Origin: a virus | Lineage: Duplodnaviria > Caudoviricetes | Virus record (IMG/VR): IMGVR_UViG_3300037560_000072 | Location: 1 to 55,120 of that record | Strand: one strand, 5' to 3' | Length of the DNA stretch: 55,120 nt | Part shown: positions 48,164 to 55,120 of the stretch, one piece after another | Numbering within the stretch: the first letter of the stretch is position 1 | How the letters are laid out: each line of letters begins with the position of its first letter | Translations under genes and position numbers: made by a program | Notes under the pieces: generated by a model | Seen by the model: only the letters and a program-made list of their open reading frames with translations | Database searches by the model: none | What the model was told of the DNA's origin: nothing

Positions 48164-48297
48164 AACCGGGAGAGGAAAGAACCAAGAGGGGGGAGGCGTG
48201 TCGCCGGATCACTACCACCACGGGACAAGATCATCAGGGGACTTGCCTCTATGTGGCGGGCAGGACTCGAACCTGCCTTTCCTCTCCTCTCCCAGTT
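48164..48297 (-). ncRNA. Circularly permuted tRNA-mimic RNA (YrlA/Y-RNA-like)
   Basis: 5' to 3' on the - strand: closing stem, T-arm GCAGG-TTCGAGT-CCTGC, acceptor-like stem CCGCCAC/GTGGTGG closed by a loop, TA, D-arm GTG-ATCCGGCGA-CAC, pyrimidine tract, closing stem. Confidence 0.65.
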
Positions 48298-48360
48298 CAT
48301 CCTCTCTCCTCAGCTAGTCTGTCTTGGTTCCCCGATGCACTTAATCTCTACCCGAACTGA

Positions 48361-48600
48361 TTAGGCCCCCTGCTTGCCGGACTTCGGAACTTGAGAAATA
48401 CGATCTCCCTCCTGGAGGGGAGTGGAGTCGGAAGCTGGAGTCCCATTCACGCGAGTACTGACAACTTCAAGACCACGCAGGTGGTTATCCTCAATCAGTG
48501 CTCGAATAGTTGAGCCCTCGGGAACCTGAGTGTCAACGTTCTCTCCGCCCTTCTCGATCCTCACACTAATCATCCCACTCTTGATGTCCTCAATGTACAT
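48361..48600 (-). CDS. Ubiquitin-like (beta-grasp, ThiS/MoaD/Ubl) protein
   Basis: V.EG.T...L...RVNG.PA...TPLQEGD.I..VPK.GKQGA; Gly is the penultimate residue. Confidence 0.85.
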   Translation of the reverse strand: MYIEDIKSGMISVRIEKGGENVDTQVPEGSTIRALIEDNHLRGLEVVSTRVNGTPASDSTPLQEGDRISQVPKSGKQGA

Positions 48601-48862
48601 TACCTTCTCCCATTTCTGCCACTGTGTGGCCGTGCTTCCCTAGTTGGATCATAGCGTGTATGTCCTTGACCAGGGAGTCTGGAAACTCCAGGTATACCAA
48701 GTAGATTGTACTTTGATGCCAGAAAGCCACATGGCATTGTCCAACACAGAGGGTACTTCCATCGGTATATACTGAACCATCCAGGCTTGCGTAGGATCGT
48801 CGAGCGAGGAACCATTCCACCGCTTTCCTTCGACTTTCCACAGTCTCCTTCGACCGGATCAT
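48590..48862 (-). CDS. Hypothetical protein, first gene of the Ubl operon
   Basis: SD GGAGG; overlaps the Ubl start. Confidence 0.55.
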   Translation of the reverse strand: MIRSKETVESRRKAVEWFLARRSYASLDGSVYTDGSTLCVGQCHVAFWHQSTIYLVYLEFPDSLVKDIHAMIQLGKHGHTVAEMGEGNVH

Positions 48863-48972
48863 AAGATGTCCCTCCGTGAACTGAACTCACAACTGCCTCC
48901 TGATAGGAACCAAGACTACTTCTTGCTGCCAGTTCTCCCTCAGTCGTGATGCAAAATTCGACGTTCATGGCG

Positions 48973-49002
48973 ATTCTATGCCACCCGGTCGCGTCAAGTC
49001 AA
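48973..49002 (-). promoter_or_regulatory. sigma70-type promoter of the Ubl operon
   Basis: TTGACT-N18-TAGAAT with upstream A-tracts. Confidence 0.6.
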
Positions 49003-49109
49003 CTTTTTTCTTAATTTTTTACGGCCGATAACTACTTAGATGTGTAGAACCGGGAGAGTTCCGCTGTGTCTAGTACCAAGAACTACCCGCAAGCGGTAAT
49101 TAACTTTGC

Positions 49110-49415
49110 TTACTTACTTAGCGTCTGAAGTGCATACTGAATAAATACCGGATTGGATTTGATAAACTCAGTCAGGGCCTGTCCAAGTATAAGTACCACC
49201 GCCTCCTCATCCTTGAACTCCGCTCCCACAAGCATAGCGTGCAGAGCCTCATGGAGTAGTAGCTCTATCTTTCGAGAGGCTGCTGTTCTCTTGTACACTC
49301 GGATGATATTGAAGTTGTGGTCTACCTCGGCTATATTACCCTTGCCAAGATCTTTACGGTTGACGTGCTTGATCCGGTACGTCTGTCCCTTAATATCAAG
49401 GGATCGTGGGATCAT
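49110..49415 (-). CDS. Small HExxH metallopeptidase-like protein
   Basis: LLLHEALHA...E motif. Confidence 0.65.
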   Translation of the reverse strand: MIPRSLDIKGQTYRIKHVNRKDLGKGNIAEVDHNFNIIRVYKRTAASRKIELLLHEALHAMLVGAEFKDEEAVVLILGQALTEFIKSNPVFIQYALQTLSK

Positions 49416-49424
49416 CCTCTCCTC

Positions 49425-49664
49425 CTATCTCTCTCGAAGAACTGCCTCCACTGCTGCCAGCCTCTGAGCCACCTCCGACAGGCCCTGATTCATGCCTTTG
49501 ATGTCCCCCCGAAGAAGCCTAAGATGTTCGATAGCAGTCACCTCAACATAGCTGGTCATCTCAGCCCGGGAGATAAGATCAGGAGCCATGGTCAACCAGA
49601 GGACCGTCAGGCCCACTAGTACGCCCGCTATAACCTTGGCAGCTACCTCTCCCGGTTTAGTCAT
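49425..49664 (-). CDS. Membrane protein with a TM helix and coiled coil (holin/spanin-like?)
   Basis: MTKPGE start with ATGA overlap; one hydrophobic helix. Confidence 0.45.
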   Translation of the reverse strand: MTKPGEVAAKVIAGVLVGLTVLWLTMAPDLISRAEMTSYVEVTAIEHLRLLRGDIKGMNQGLSEVAQRLAAVEAVLRER

Positions 49665-50524
49665 CTTGACACCGTCCGACCTACTAGAAATATAAGACGA
49701 TCCCATCTCCGCTTGGGAGTCCGCCCACCAGGAACCAAGTAAATGGATTGAATGTCCTCAGATGCTTGTGAAGCAGACCACAAGACCTTTTCTTGTGTAC
49801 CATCGAAGTTAGCAACCCGTAAGTCTATACTAGTGGCACCAACCCAGCGATTGAAGTACATCTTCTGCTTTTTGATGTCCAGAGTAATATAAACGAAGCC
49901 ATCAGTTGCACTGGTAATTAGTACTTCTGCGTTACCACCATCGAGATCAGCTCGTCTTACACTGGAAGTACCAGGCCAGTCAACCCAATACATCTTCTCC
50001 CTATCTGTGTCGATTTCAATACCGAATCCAGAAGGGGCGGACGCAACAACATCCGCGGTACCGGCACCCTCCATGGTAGCCTTGGAAATTTTGTCCGGAT
50101 TGGGTTTTTTATCAGTCCAGTACATTTCCCTATTAACTAAATCAAGACCCAGTCCACTGGCTCTAATACCAGTTACTAGGTCTTCACGCCCTGATCCATC
50201 CAAGTTAGCTCTTCCAATACGCTCATCGGCCGCTGAGGAGGAAGCATAGTACAGTTTGCCGTTTGGGACATCTAGTACAATGTCTCGGCATCCTGTTTCG
50301 CTAGTAATGAGTTGTTCTACTCCGGTGCCGTCTAGATTGCAGCGAGAAATGGCATCTACTGCTCCCCACTCACTGTAGTAGATTTTTCCTTCCCCCTTAT
50401 CTACAGTTATGGCTTCTGGAGTGTCCAGACCATCTAGAACTGTAACTTTCTTCTTACCATTGGTCATGCACCTGCGTATGGCACCCATGACCGTATCGGT
50501 CCAGTATATCTGTGCTACACCCAT
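49661..50524 (-). CDS. YWTD (LDL-receptor class B repeat) beta-propeller protein
   Basis: IYWTD, IYYSE, LYYAS, MYWTD, MYWVD and MYFN repeats, most followed by R.NLDG-like segments. Confidence 0.85.
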   Translation of the reverse strand: MGVAQIYWTDTVMGAIRRCMTNGKKKVTVLDGLDTPEAITVDKGEGKIYYSEWGAVDAISRCNLDGTGVEQLITSETGCRDIVLDVPNGKLYYASSSAADERIGRANLDGSGREDLVTGIRASGLGLDLVNREMYWTDKKPNPDKISKATMEGAGTADVVASAPSGFGIEIDTDREKMYWVDWPGTSSVRRADLDGGNAEVLITSATDGFVYITLDIKKQKMYFNRWVGATSIDLRVANFDGTQEKVLWSASQASEDIQSIYLVPGGRTPKRRWDRLIFLVGRTVSR

Positions 50525-50536
50525 AGCACACTCCTC

Positions 50537-50902
50537 CTATTCCCAGCCGACTACAGCAACTTTATCCAGATCGTCAGCACCATCAAGGGTTACGAAAGAT
50601 ACACTCAGGACAGACAAGCCGCTTCCGATACTAACGTCAATGGTCTCTCCATCAGCAAGAGTAAAGTGTCCCGGACCATCATCATCTGCATCATTGTCAA
50701 AGTCATTAGAAACCGTACCATTGGTTTCCGCATTGACTTTAACCCTAATGTCATTACCATTACCAGTACCATTCATTACAATACACGGACGTACCGGCGT
50801 ACCGAAGATAATGATTCTTGGATCGGTAAGACTATTGTCTGTACCATCAGCAGCCTGAGTTCCTTGAACTGGAAGTCCAGCCTTTACAGTGCCTCTACCC
50901 AT
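50537..50902 (-). CDS. Putative structural protein
   Basis: 121 aa, beta-rich, SD AGGAGGAG. Confidence 0.5.
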   Translation of the reverse strand: MGRGTVKAGLPVQGTQAADGTDNSLTDPRIIIFGTPVRPCIVMNGTGNGNDIRVKVNAETNGTVSNDFDNDADDDGPGHFTLADGETIDVSIGSGLSVLSVSFVTLDGADDLDKVAVVGWE

Positions 50903-50912
50903 GAGTCTCCTC

Positions 50913-51599
50913 CTACTTTAGGATTCGGGAAATCTTCTGTCCGTACACCGTCAGCGTGGCCGCGTCCGCAGCCCCATCCGCCTCGACACCAATGTAAGGC
51001 TTGAGGTTGACCGTATTACCCCTAAAGCTGCGAGAGAATACCTCACGTCCGTTTATGAACATGTGGCACACCTCGTCCTTATCAAACTTTACCTTTACAG
51101 TGTAAATCTCACCAGCAATGAGGATGTTGTCTGATACATGAGAGAGGTCGGTATCGTTTACGGAGACTTGTGCTACAATCGCTGCTGACGAAACATCGTC
51201 CTCATACCGAAAGTAGGTCTGGTCAGCATCAGTGGCTACCACGTCTGTATCAGTCAACTTGAGACCGAACCAGTAAATTGAGGAATCAATATCTCCAGCC
51301 TTGAAAGTGCATTCCCATTCAGTTTCGTCGTCTGTACCCCAAGTAACAGTCTCCCAAGGAGCAAATGTACCTCCTAATTGAGGTACAATGAAAATGCCCT
51401 CCCCATCAGTAGCATCCGTACTGTAAAGAGCCCCGCCATCAGTGGCAAATGCCACAGTGAGGGTAGAAGTACCTAGACCCTCAAAGAGTGGATCTACTGC
51501 AAAAGCATATCCAGCAGCATTCGCCGCAGTCAGGCCCTTCTCACCAGCAATCCACTCCATGGTAAGACGTCTTGCCTTGTAGTCAATTGACATACTCAT
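50913..51599 (-). CDS. Putative structural beta-sandwich protein, paralog A
   Basis: 228 aa; closely similar to 51610-52296. Confidence 0.6.
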   Translation of the reverse strand: MSMSIDYKARRLTMEWIAGEKGLTAANAAGYAFAVDPLFEGLGTSTLTVAFATDGGALYSTDATDGEGIFIVPQLGGTFAPWETVTWGTDDETEWECTFKAGDIDSSIYWFGLKLTDTDVVATDADQTYFRYEDDVSSAAIVAQVSVNDTDLSHVSDNILIAGEIYTVKVKFDKDEVCHMFINGREVFSRSFRGNTVNLKPYIGVEADGAADAATLTVYGQKISRILK

Positions 51600-51609
51600 T
51601 AGTTGTTCC

Positions 51610-52296
51610 TTACGCGATCAGCCGGGAAATCTTTTGACCATACACCGTCATAGTGCTTTCGGACCCACCAGCTCCATCAATGATTCCAATGTAGGGTTTC
51701 AAATCTACCGTGTTACCCACAAAGCTAACCTGACTAACCAGCTTACCATTCACAAACATGTTACATAGCTCGGCCGCGTCGAAGACTACTTTCAGGTGCA
51801 TGATCTGACCGACCGCAGCCAGAACACCAGTATCGACAGTGGTCAGAGAGGTATTAACCTCCACAAGGGACTGCCACTTGCCAGAGTTGATTCCATTCTC
51901 AAACCTAAAATACGCCTGATCGGCATCGGTACCAGAAACATTAGTATTAGTCAGTTTGAGGCCGCAGTACCCAATATCATCAGCAATAGTACCAACCTTC
52001 AACAGGCATTCCCATTCGGTCTCGTTGTCAGTCCCGAATGTTACATCATCCCAAATACCATGTTCGGCATCAAGGTGCGGAAGAATAATAACACCATCCG
52101 AGGCAGCACCATCCGTCGTCAGCAACACGCCGCCGTCAGCCGCGAATGTTACATCATCTGCCGTAGCATTTGTCCCTAGAATCTCGAACCAGGGGTCAGC
52201 CGCGAAGTTCTCGGTCGCAGCATTAAGAGCAGGAGTACCATGTTCACCCGCAACCCACTCCATAACCAGCCTATTACCTTGCAGTGAAAAACCCAT
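51610..52296 (-). CDS. Putative structural beta-sandwich protein, paralog B
   Basis: 228 aa; shares MEW.AGE, GTD.ETEWEC, GLKLT, LKPYIG and TVYGQKISR with paralog A. Confidence 0.6.
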   Translation of the reverse strand: MGFSLQGNRLVMEWVAGEHGTPALNAATENFAADPWFEILGTNATADDVTFAADGGVLLTTDGAASDGVIILPHLDAEHGIWDDVTFGTDNETEWECLLKVGTIADDIGYCGLKLTNTNVSGTDADQAYFRFENGINSGKWQSLVEVNTSLTTVDTGVLAAVGQIMHLKVVFDAAELCNMFVNGKLVSQVSFVGNTVDLKPYIGIIDGAGGSESTMTVYGQKISRLIA

Positions 52297-52306
52297 CTTT
52301 GTCTCC

Positions 52307-52831
52307 CTACATTACCCGCAAAAGGGTAAGTTCCACGAATAGCTTCATTGTATTCGTATCGTTCGTTAGAGGAACCCGTGAAACCACCTTCACAGACAGG
52401 CTCCCATTAGCAGAAACCTCTTCGCCACCAGTCGTATTAAGAGGTACATTCCGCACCTCATTCATCGTCATGCCCTTCAACTGGGCAGCACACACAACCG
52501 AAGACCCGCTCAGCACGCTTAAACTCAGTCTACCGTTCGGACTCCGTACAACACCGTTCGCGTCGTCCATCAAAGTTGCTTCGCACTTCAGTACTCGAAA
52601 CTTCCACGGAGCATCTGAACTAAACAGCGATACAGTTTGACTGTCATCGGCCGTAGCCGTAAAATAAGCCACCATCTTGACGGACTGACCAAACGCCGTA
52701 TTTCCATCTGCATTCGTTAGTCCGCCGGGAGAGTGTAGCATACTCTCGGGGTCCTGGGTTACAACGCCCAGTACCCCATCAGCAGTCAGGTTGACCTTAA
52801 CACCAGTTCTACCAACTTCGTTCAATGACAT
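52307..52831 (-). CDS. Putative capsid decoration-like protein
   Basis: 174 aa; shares PWKFRVL with 53373-53969. Confidence 0.5.
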   Translation of the reverse strand: MSLNEVGRTGVKVNLTADGVLGVVTQDPESMLHSPGGLTNADGNTAFGQSVKMVAYFTATADDSQTVSLFSSDAPWKFRVLKCEATLMDDANGVVRSPNGRLSLSVLSGSSVVCAAQLKGMTMNEVRNVPLNTTGGEEVSANGSLSVKVVSRVPLTNDTNTMKLFVELTLLRVM

Positions 52832-53391
52832 TACAGGTTCTCCGTAATGGTTCTCGGCACGACTACATACTCAACCATGACCAGCATTTTTCCAGCTCCG
52901 TCCCCGGCCACAGCAGTCTCACTTCCAGCAGTAGTGAGGGCCACCTCAACACCATAGCCTGCCGGTACAGAGTAAGTAGTCCTATCGTCAGCGGCTGCTC
53001 TGTTATCCCAGTTAGTCGTAAGTGACCCACCAGCCTGCCACACCCCAATAGCCGCATTGTCCGTAGACGTAATCGTATCCAAAGACGCGGGAGTAGCACC
53101 TTTCGTTCTCACCGTAATCACAGCATCAGTATTGGCGGCTAAGATAGCTTCAGTATTGATCGCTCCTAGACTCAGAATGACAATACCAGTTCCCACAGCC
53201 TCGTCTTCGTGAATCAACGTGTGGTACCTGTCCAAGACCTGAGTGTCATTTTCATCCAGGTCAATTTCAAGCATTGCCATCTTGACCGGTACTGACATTC
53301 CCCTATTAGGAACCGCCTCTGAGTTCGACCTAGCCTTCAACGAAGAATGAATAGTAAAGTCAGTCCCTGCCATTAGTTTACCCTCATGCAA
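52831..53391 (-). CDS. Putative capsid decoration-like protein
   Basis: 186 aa, beta-rich, G...V.VEY C-terminus. Confidence 0.5.
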   Translation of the reverse strand: MHEGKLMAGTDFTIHSSLKARSNSEAVPNRGMSVPVKMAMLEIDLDENDTQVLDRYHTLIHEDEAVGTGIVILSLGAINTEAILAANTDAVITVRTKGATPASLDTITSTDNAAIGVWQAGGSLTTNWDNRAAADDRTTYSVPAGYGVEVALTTAGSETAVAGDGAGKMLVMVEYVVVPRTITENL

Positions 53392-53969
53392 AGCATCTTG
53401 ACGGATACCTCTTCGCTCTCTGTAGCCGCTCCACCATCATTCTTGACCTGTACCACGACCTCCTGACCTGCCGTCACGATAGCATAAGCCTCGATCAGCT
53501 GGCTGGTATCCTCTACACGTCCCAGCTTAATCAGATCGGAAGTATCCTGATCCAGAGTCACCTCATCCGTCATAGCATTGGCCGTATCCAAGGCCCCATC
53601 AGAGTCAAGAGTATAGTGGAAAATTTGCAGTGTGTGTGTCTCAACCTGGTCGCTCAGGAGGTGAGCCCAAGTATCCAGCACCCTAAACTTCCACGGAGAC
53701 CCACTCGTACCAAACACGCGGGCATTGACCGTTCGATCCGTGCCCCCATCATCACCTGCACTGATTCCCATGTGTATAATAAAGGGGATCCCAAATTCCA
53801 CGTTGCTGTCTTCGGTATCGACCGCCCCAACCGCCGTCGGAATAACCGTCAAGGTCGTTCCGTCTCGCTCCTGGGTCATTGAGTCGGGAGGTTGCATCAA
53901 CAGGCCCGTCTGACGCTCACACGTCTCTCGGACGTTCGTTCCAGTCAATCCACTCTCTTCTAACGCCAT
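53373..53969 (-). CDS. Putative capsid decoration-like protein
   Basis: 198 aa; first gene after the leader; SD GAGGA. Confidence 0.5.
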   Translation of the reverse strand: MALEESGLTGTNVRETCERQTGLLMQPPDSMTQERDGTTLTVIPTAVGAVDTEDSNVEFGIPFIIHMGISAGDDGGTDRTVNARVFGTSGSPWKFRVLDTWAHLLSDQVETHTLQIFHYTLDSDGALDTANAMTDEVTLDQDTSDLIKLGRVEDTSQLIEAYAIVTAGQEVVVQVKNDGGAATESEEVSVKMLCMRVN

Positions 53970-53986
53970 CTCGTTTTCCTCTTATC

Positions 53987-54032
53987 AAAAAATGTGGGGG
54001 AGGTCGGAAATCAATCCCGTCGCCTCCCCCAC
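53987..54032 (-). terminator. Terminator-like hairpin in a 5' leader
   Basis: GTGGGGGAGG / CCTCCCCCAC 10-bp stem followed by ATTTTTT on the - strand, between the promoter and the first gene. Confidence 0.65.
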
Positions 54033-54051
54033 TCTCCCGGTTTCTATCCTT

Positions 54052-54080
54052 ATCATAGGCACCGTGACGACCCAAGTCAA
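54052..54080 (-). promoter_or_regulatory. sigma70-type promoter (leftward of a divergent pair)
   Basis: TTGACT-N17-TATGAT. Confidence 0.75.
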
Positions 54081-54126
54081 GTTAAAAGTCCGATAAAACT
54101 ACATATTTTTATTTTTGATTTTCCAC

Positions 54127-54155
54127 TTGACTCGCCGCAAAACGCCGCCTATAAG
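54127..54155 (+). promoter_or_regulatory. sigma70-type promoter (rightward; replication operon)
   Basis: TTGACT-N17-TATAAG with an AT-rich upstream segment. Confidence 0.7.
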
Positions 54156-54198
54156 AAGAGTGCCGCGACCGCCGATCGCCGCCCGGAAACGAACGAAA

Positions 54199-54573
54199 AT
54201 GCCCACGAAAGAAAACCCATATGAGTGTCAACCTCCACTTCCCCAGAAGGAAAAAACTCCACCTCCGACTTGGGACCTGGAAAAAAAGGACCTGCTCTAT
54301 CGCGTGAGCCAGTTGGAGAAGTCCCTAGAAATCTTGTACTTGAGTATGGGTGAAGGTAAGGAAACATCTATAGCTCAGTTAGAAGAAAAAGTCAGTACCT
54401 GTCTCAATTCCATTATTACTCTTTCACAGGGTAAAGAAACTCTTGCATTCCACATGCTCGAATTTCAAACCAAACTCAAAGAGACCATACGAGCTGTCGA
54501 GCGTCTGGCAACGGGCCACTCTATTGGTTGTCTGGGCCTGCCAACGGAGGAATCATGGGACCCGCCTGTGTAG
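54199..54573 (+). CDS. Hypothetical coiled-coil protein (start refined to 54199)
   Basis: Heptad-rich; follows the promoter. Confidence 0.5.
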   Translation: MPTKENPYECQPPLPQKEKTPPPTWDLEKKDLLYRVSQLEKSLEILYLSMGEGKETSIAQLEEKVSTCLNSIITLSQGKETLAFHMLEFQTKLKETIRAVERLATGHSIGCLGLPTEESWDPPV

Positions 54574-55120
54574 CCAACTGCACTGCCTGCCCGCTGCACC
54601 TACAGTGCAAGACCGCCTGCATACCAGCAACGTGGTTTAACCGGGAGAGTGGTACCTGGCCACAGCCTGGTTTTTGTACTCAGCACGATCGAGCCCTCTA
54701 CATCATTGGTGAGGCTCCCGGTTGGAACGAGGATCAGAAGGGCGAGTGCTGGATCGGTAAGGCTGGCAGCATCCTCAAGACTGCCTACATCGAATACTTC
54801 GAGTTTCAACACCGAGTAGATGTCTTCCTATCCAACGCCGTCCGCTGCCACCCGCCCGGCAACAAGAATCCTACCAGGACCCAGCTCAAGATGTGCCAGG
54901 GATTCTACCTGGCCGACATCGTTTACCTTCAACAGCTCTACGATCAGGTCATCATCCTATGCTGTGGAGCACCAGCAACTCAATCCGTGCTCGCCCTGTC
55001 CCTAAAGAAGTCATTCTCTCGCCAAGGTGACTTCACCGACTTCCGTGCGTTGACCGCCCCAACGCCGAAGTCCATCGTCCGCTTGGGGGAAGTGGTCGGA
55101 CCATACCTTAGTGACCCGAC
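54555..55120 (+). CDS. Uracil-DNA-glycosylase family-4-like domain; N-terminus of the UDG-PolA fusion (continues at position 1)
   Basis: SD GGAGG at 54546. Translation MGPACVANCTACPLH...IIGEAPGWNEDQKG..WIGKAG...LSNAVRCHPPGNKNP...C; in frame with 57..2288, which supplies TYHP. Confidence 0.88.
   Translation, partial: MGPACVANCTACPLHLQCKTACIPATWFNRESGTWPQPGFCTQHDRALYIIGEAPGWNEDQKGECWIGKAGSILKTAYIEYFEFQHRVDVFLSNAVRCHPPGNKNPTRTQLKMCQGFYLADIVYLQQLYDQVIILCCGAPATQSVLALSLKKSFSRQGDFTDFRALTAPTPKSIVRLGEVVGPYLSDP

Noticed and set aside
48253-48276. tRNA 3' half as an attP site or canonical tRNA
   Set aside because: No integrase is visible and there is no upstream 5' half; the matching acceptor strand and D-arm lie downstream (permuted).
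48164-48297. Two-piece permuted tmRNA
   Set aside because: No CCA after the acceptor strand, no G3-U70 alanine identity, a true D-stem is present, and there is no evident tag reading frame.
46187-48600. ThiF plus ThiS as auxiliary thiamine or molybdopterin biosynthesis genes
   Set aside because: No thiG, moaE, cysteine synthase or sulfurtransferase nearby, and the E1 lacks the MoeB CxxC zinc pairs; not fully excluded.
48600-48968. 122-aa ORF as the first gene of the Ubl operon
   Set aside because: Its ATG is only 4 nt from the -10 box and it has no SD; the overlapping 48590-48862 ORF has a good GGAGG SD.
506-54649. CCGGGAGAG copies as a CRISPR array or strictly oriented stoperators
   Set aside because: The copies are dispersed, irregularly spaced, only 9-11 bp, and occur in both orientations relative to transcription.
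54994-55120. 127-bp terminal repeat as a biological direct terminal repeat
   Set aside because: It lies within a continuous CDS and its length equals a common assembler k-mer, so it is best explained as circularisation overlap.

Overview
This window is an apparently complete, circularly assembled tailed-phage genome of 54,993 bp unique length. Bases 54994-55120 repeat bases 1-127 and fall inside a gene, which points to an assembly overlap. The + strand arm (54199 to 9947, across the junction) is a replication/recombination block: a UDG-like domain fused to a family-A DNA polymerase, an NDT/DUF4406-like protein, a metallophosphoesterase, an ERCC4 nuclease, a DUF5664-like dNTP diphosphohydrolase, a Cas4-like exonuclease, a Sak4-like ATPase, an SSB-like protein, GroES and a double-wHTH protein. 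The - strand carries a podovirus-like virion module (terminase, portal, scaffold, major capsid, adaptor, nozzle, fibre, large ejection-type proteins, no tape measure), an SF3/D5 helicase, many small ORFs and a second cluster of putative structural paralogs. Three things stand out. (1) A phage-encoded ubiquitin-like operon (Ubl, ThiF/E1, JAB protease and unknown partners) has a circularly permuted tRNA-mimic (YrlA/Y-RNA-like) ncRNA embedded between Ubl and E1. (2) A 9-11 bp asymmetric motif, (AA)CCGGGAGAG, occurs at least 36 times on both strands, mostly inside genes. (3) Two degenerate tRNA-like genes each have their own consensus sigma70 promoter. All functional calls come from motif recognition by eye; no database searches were run.
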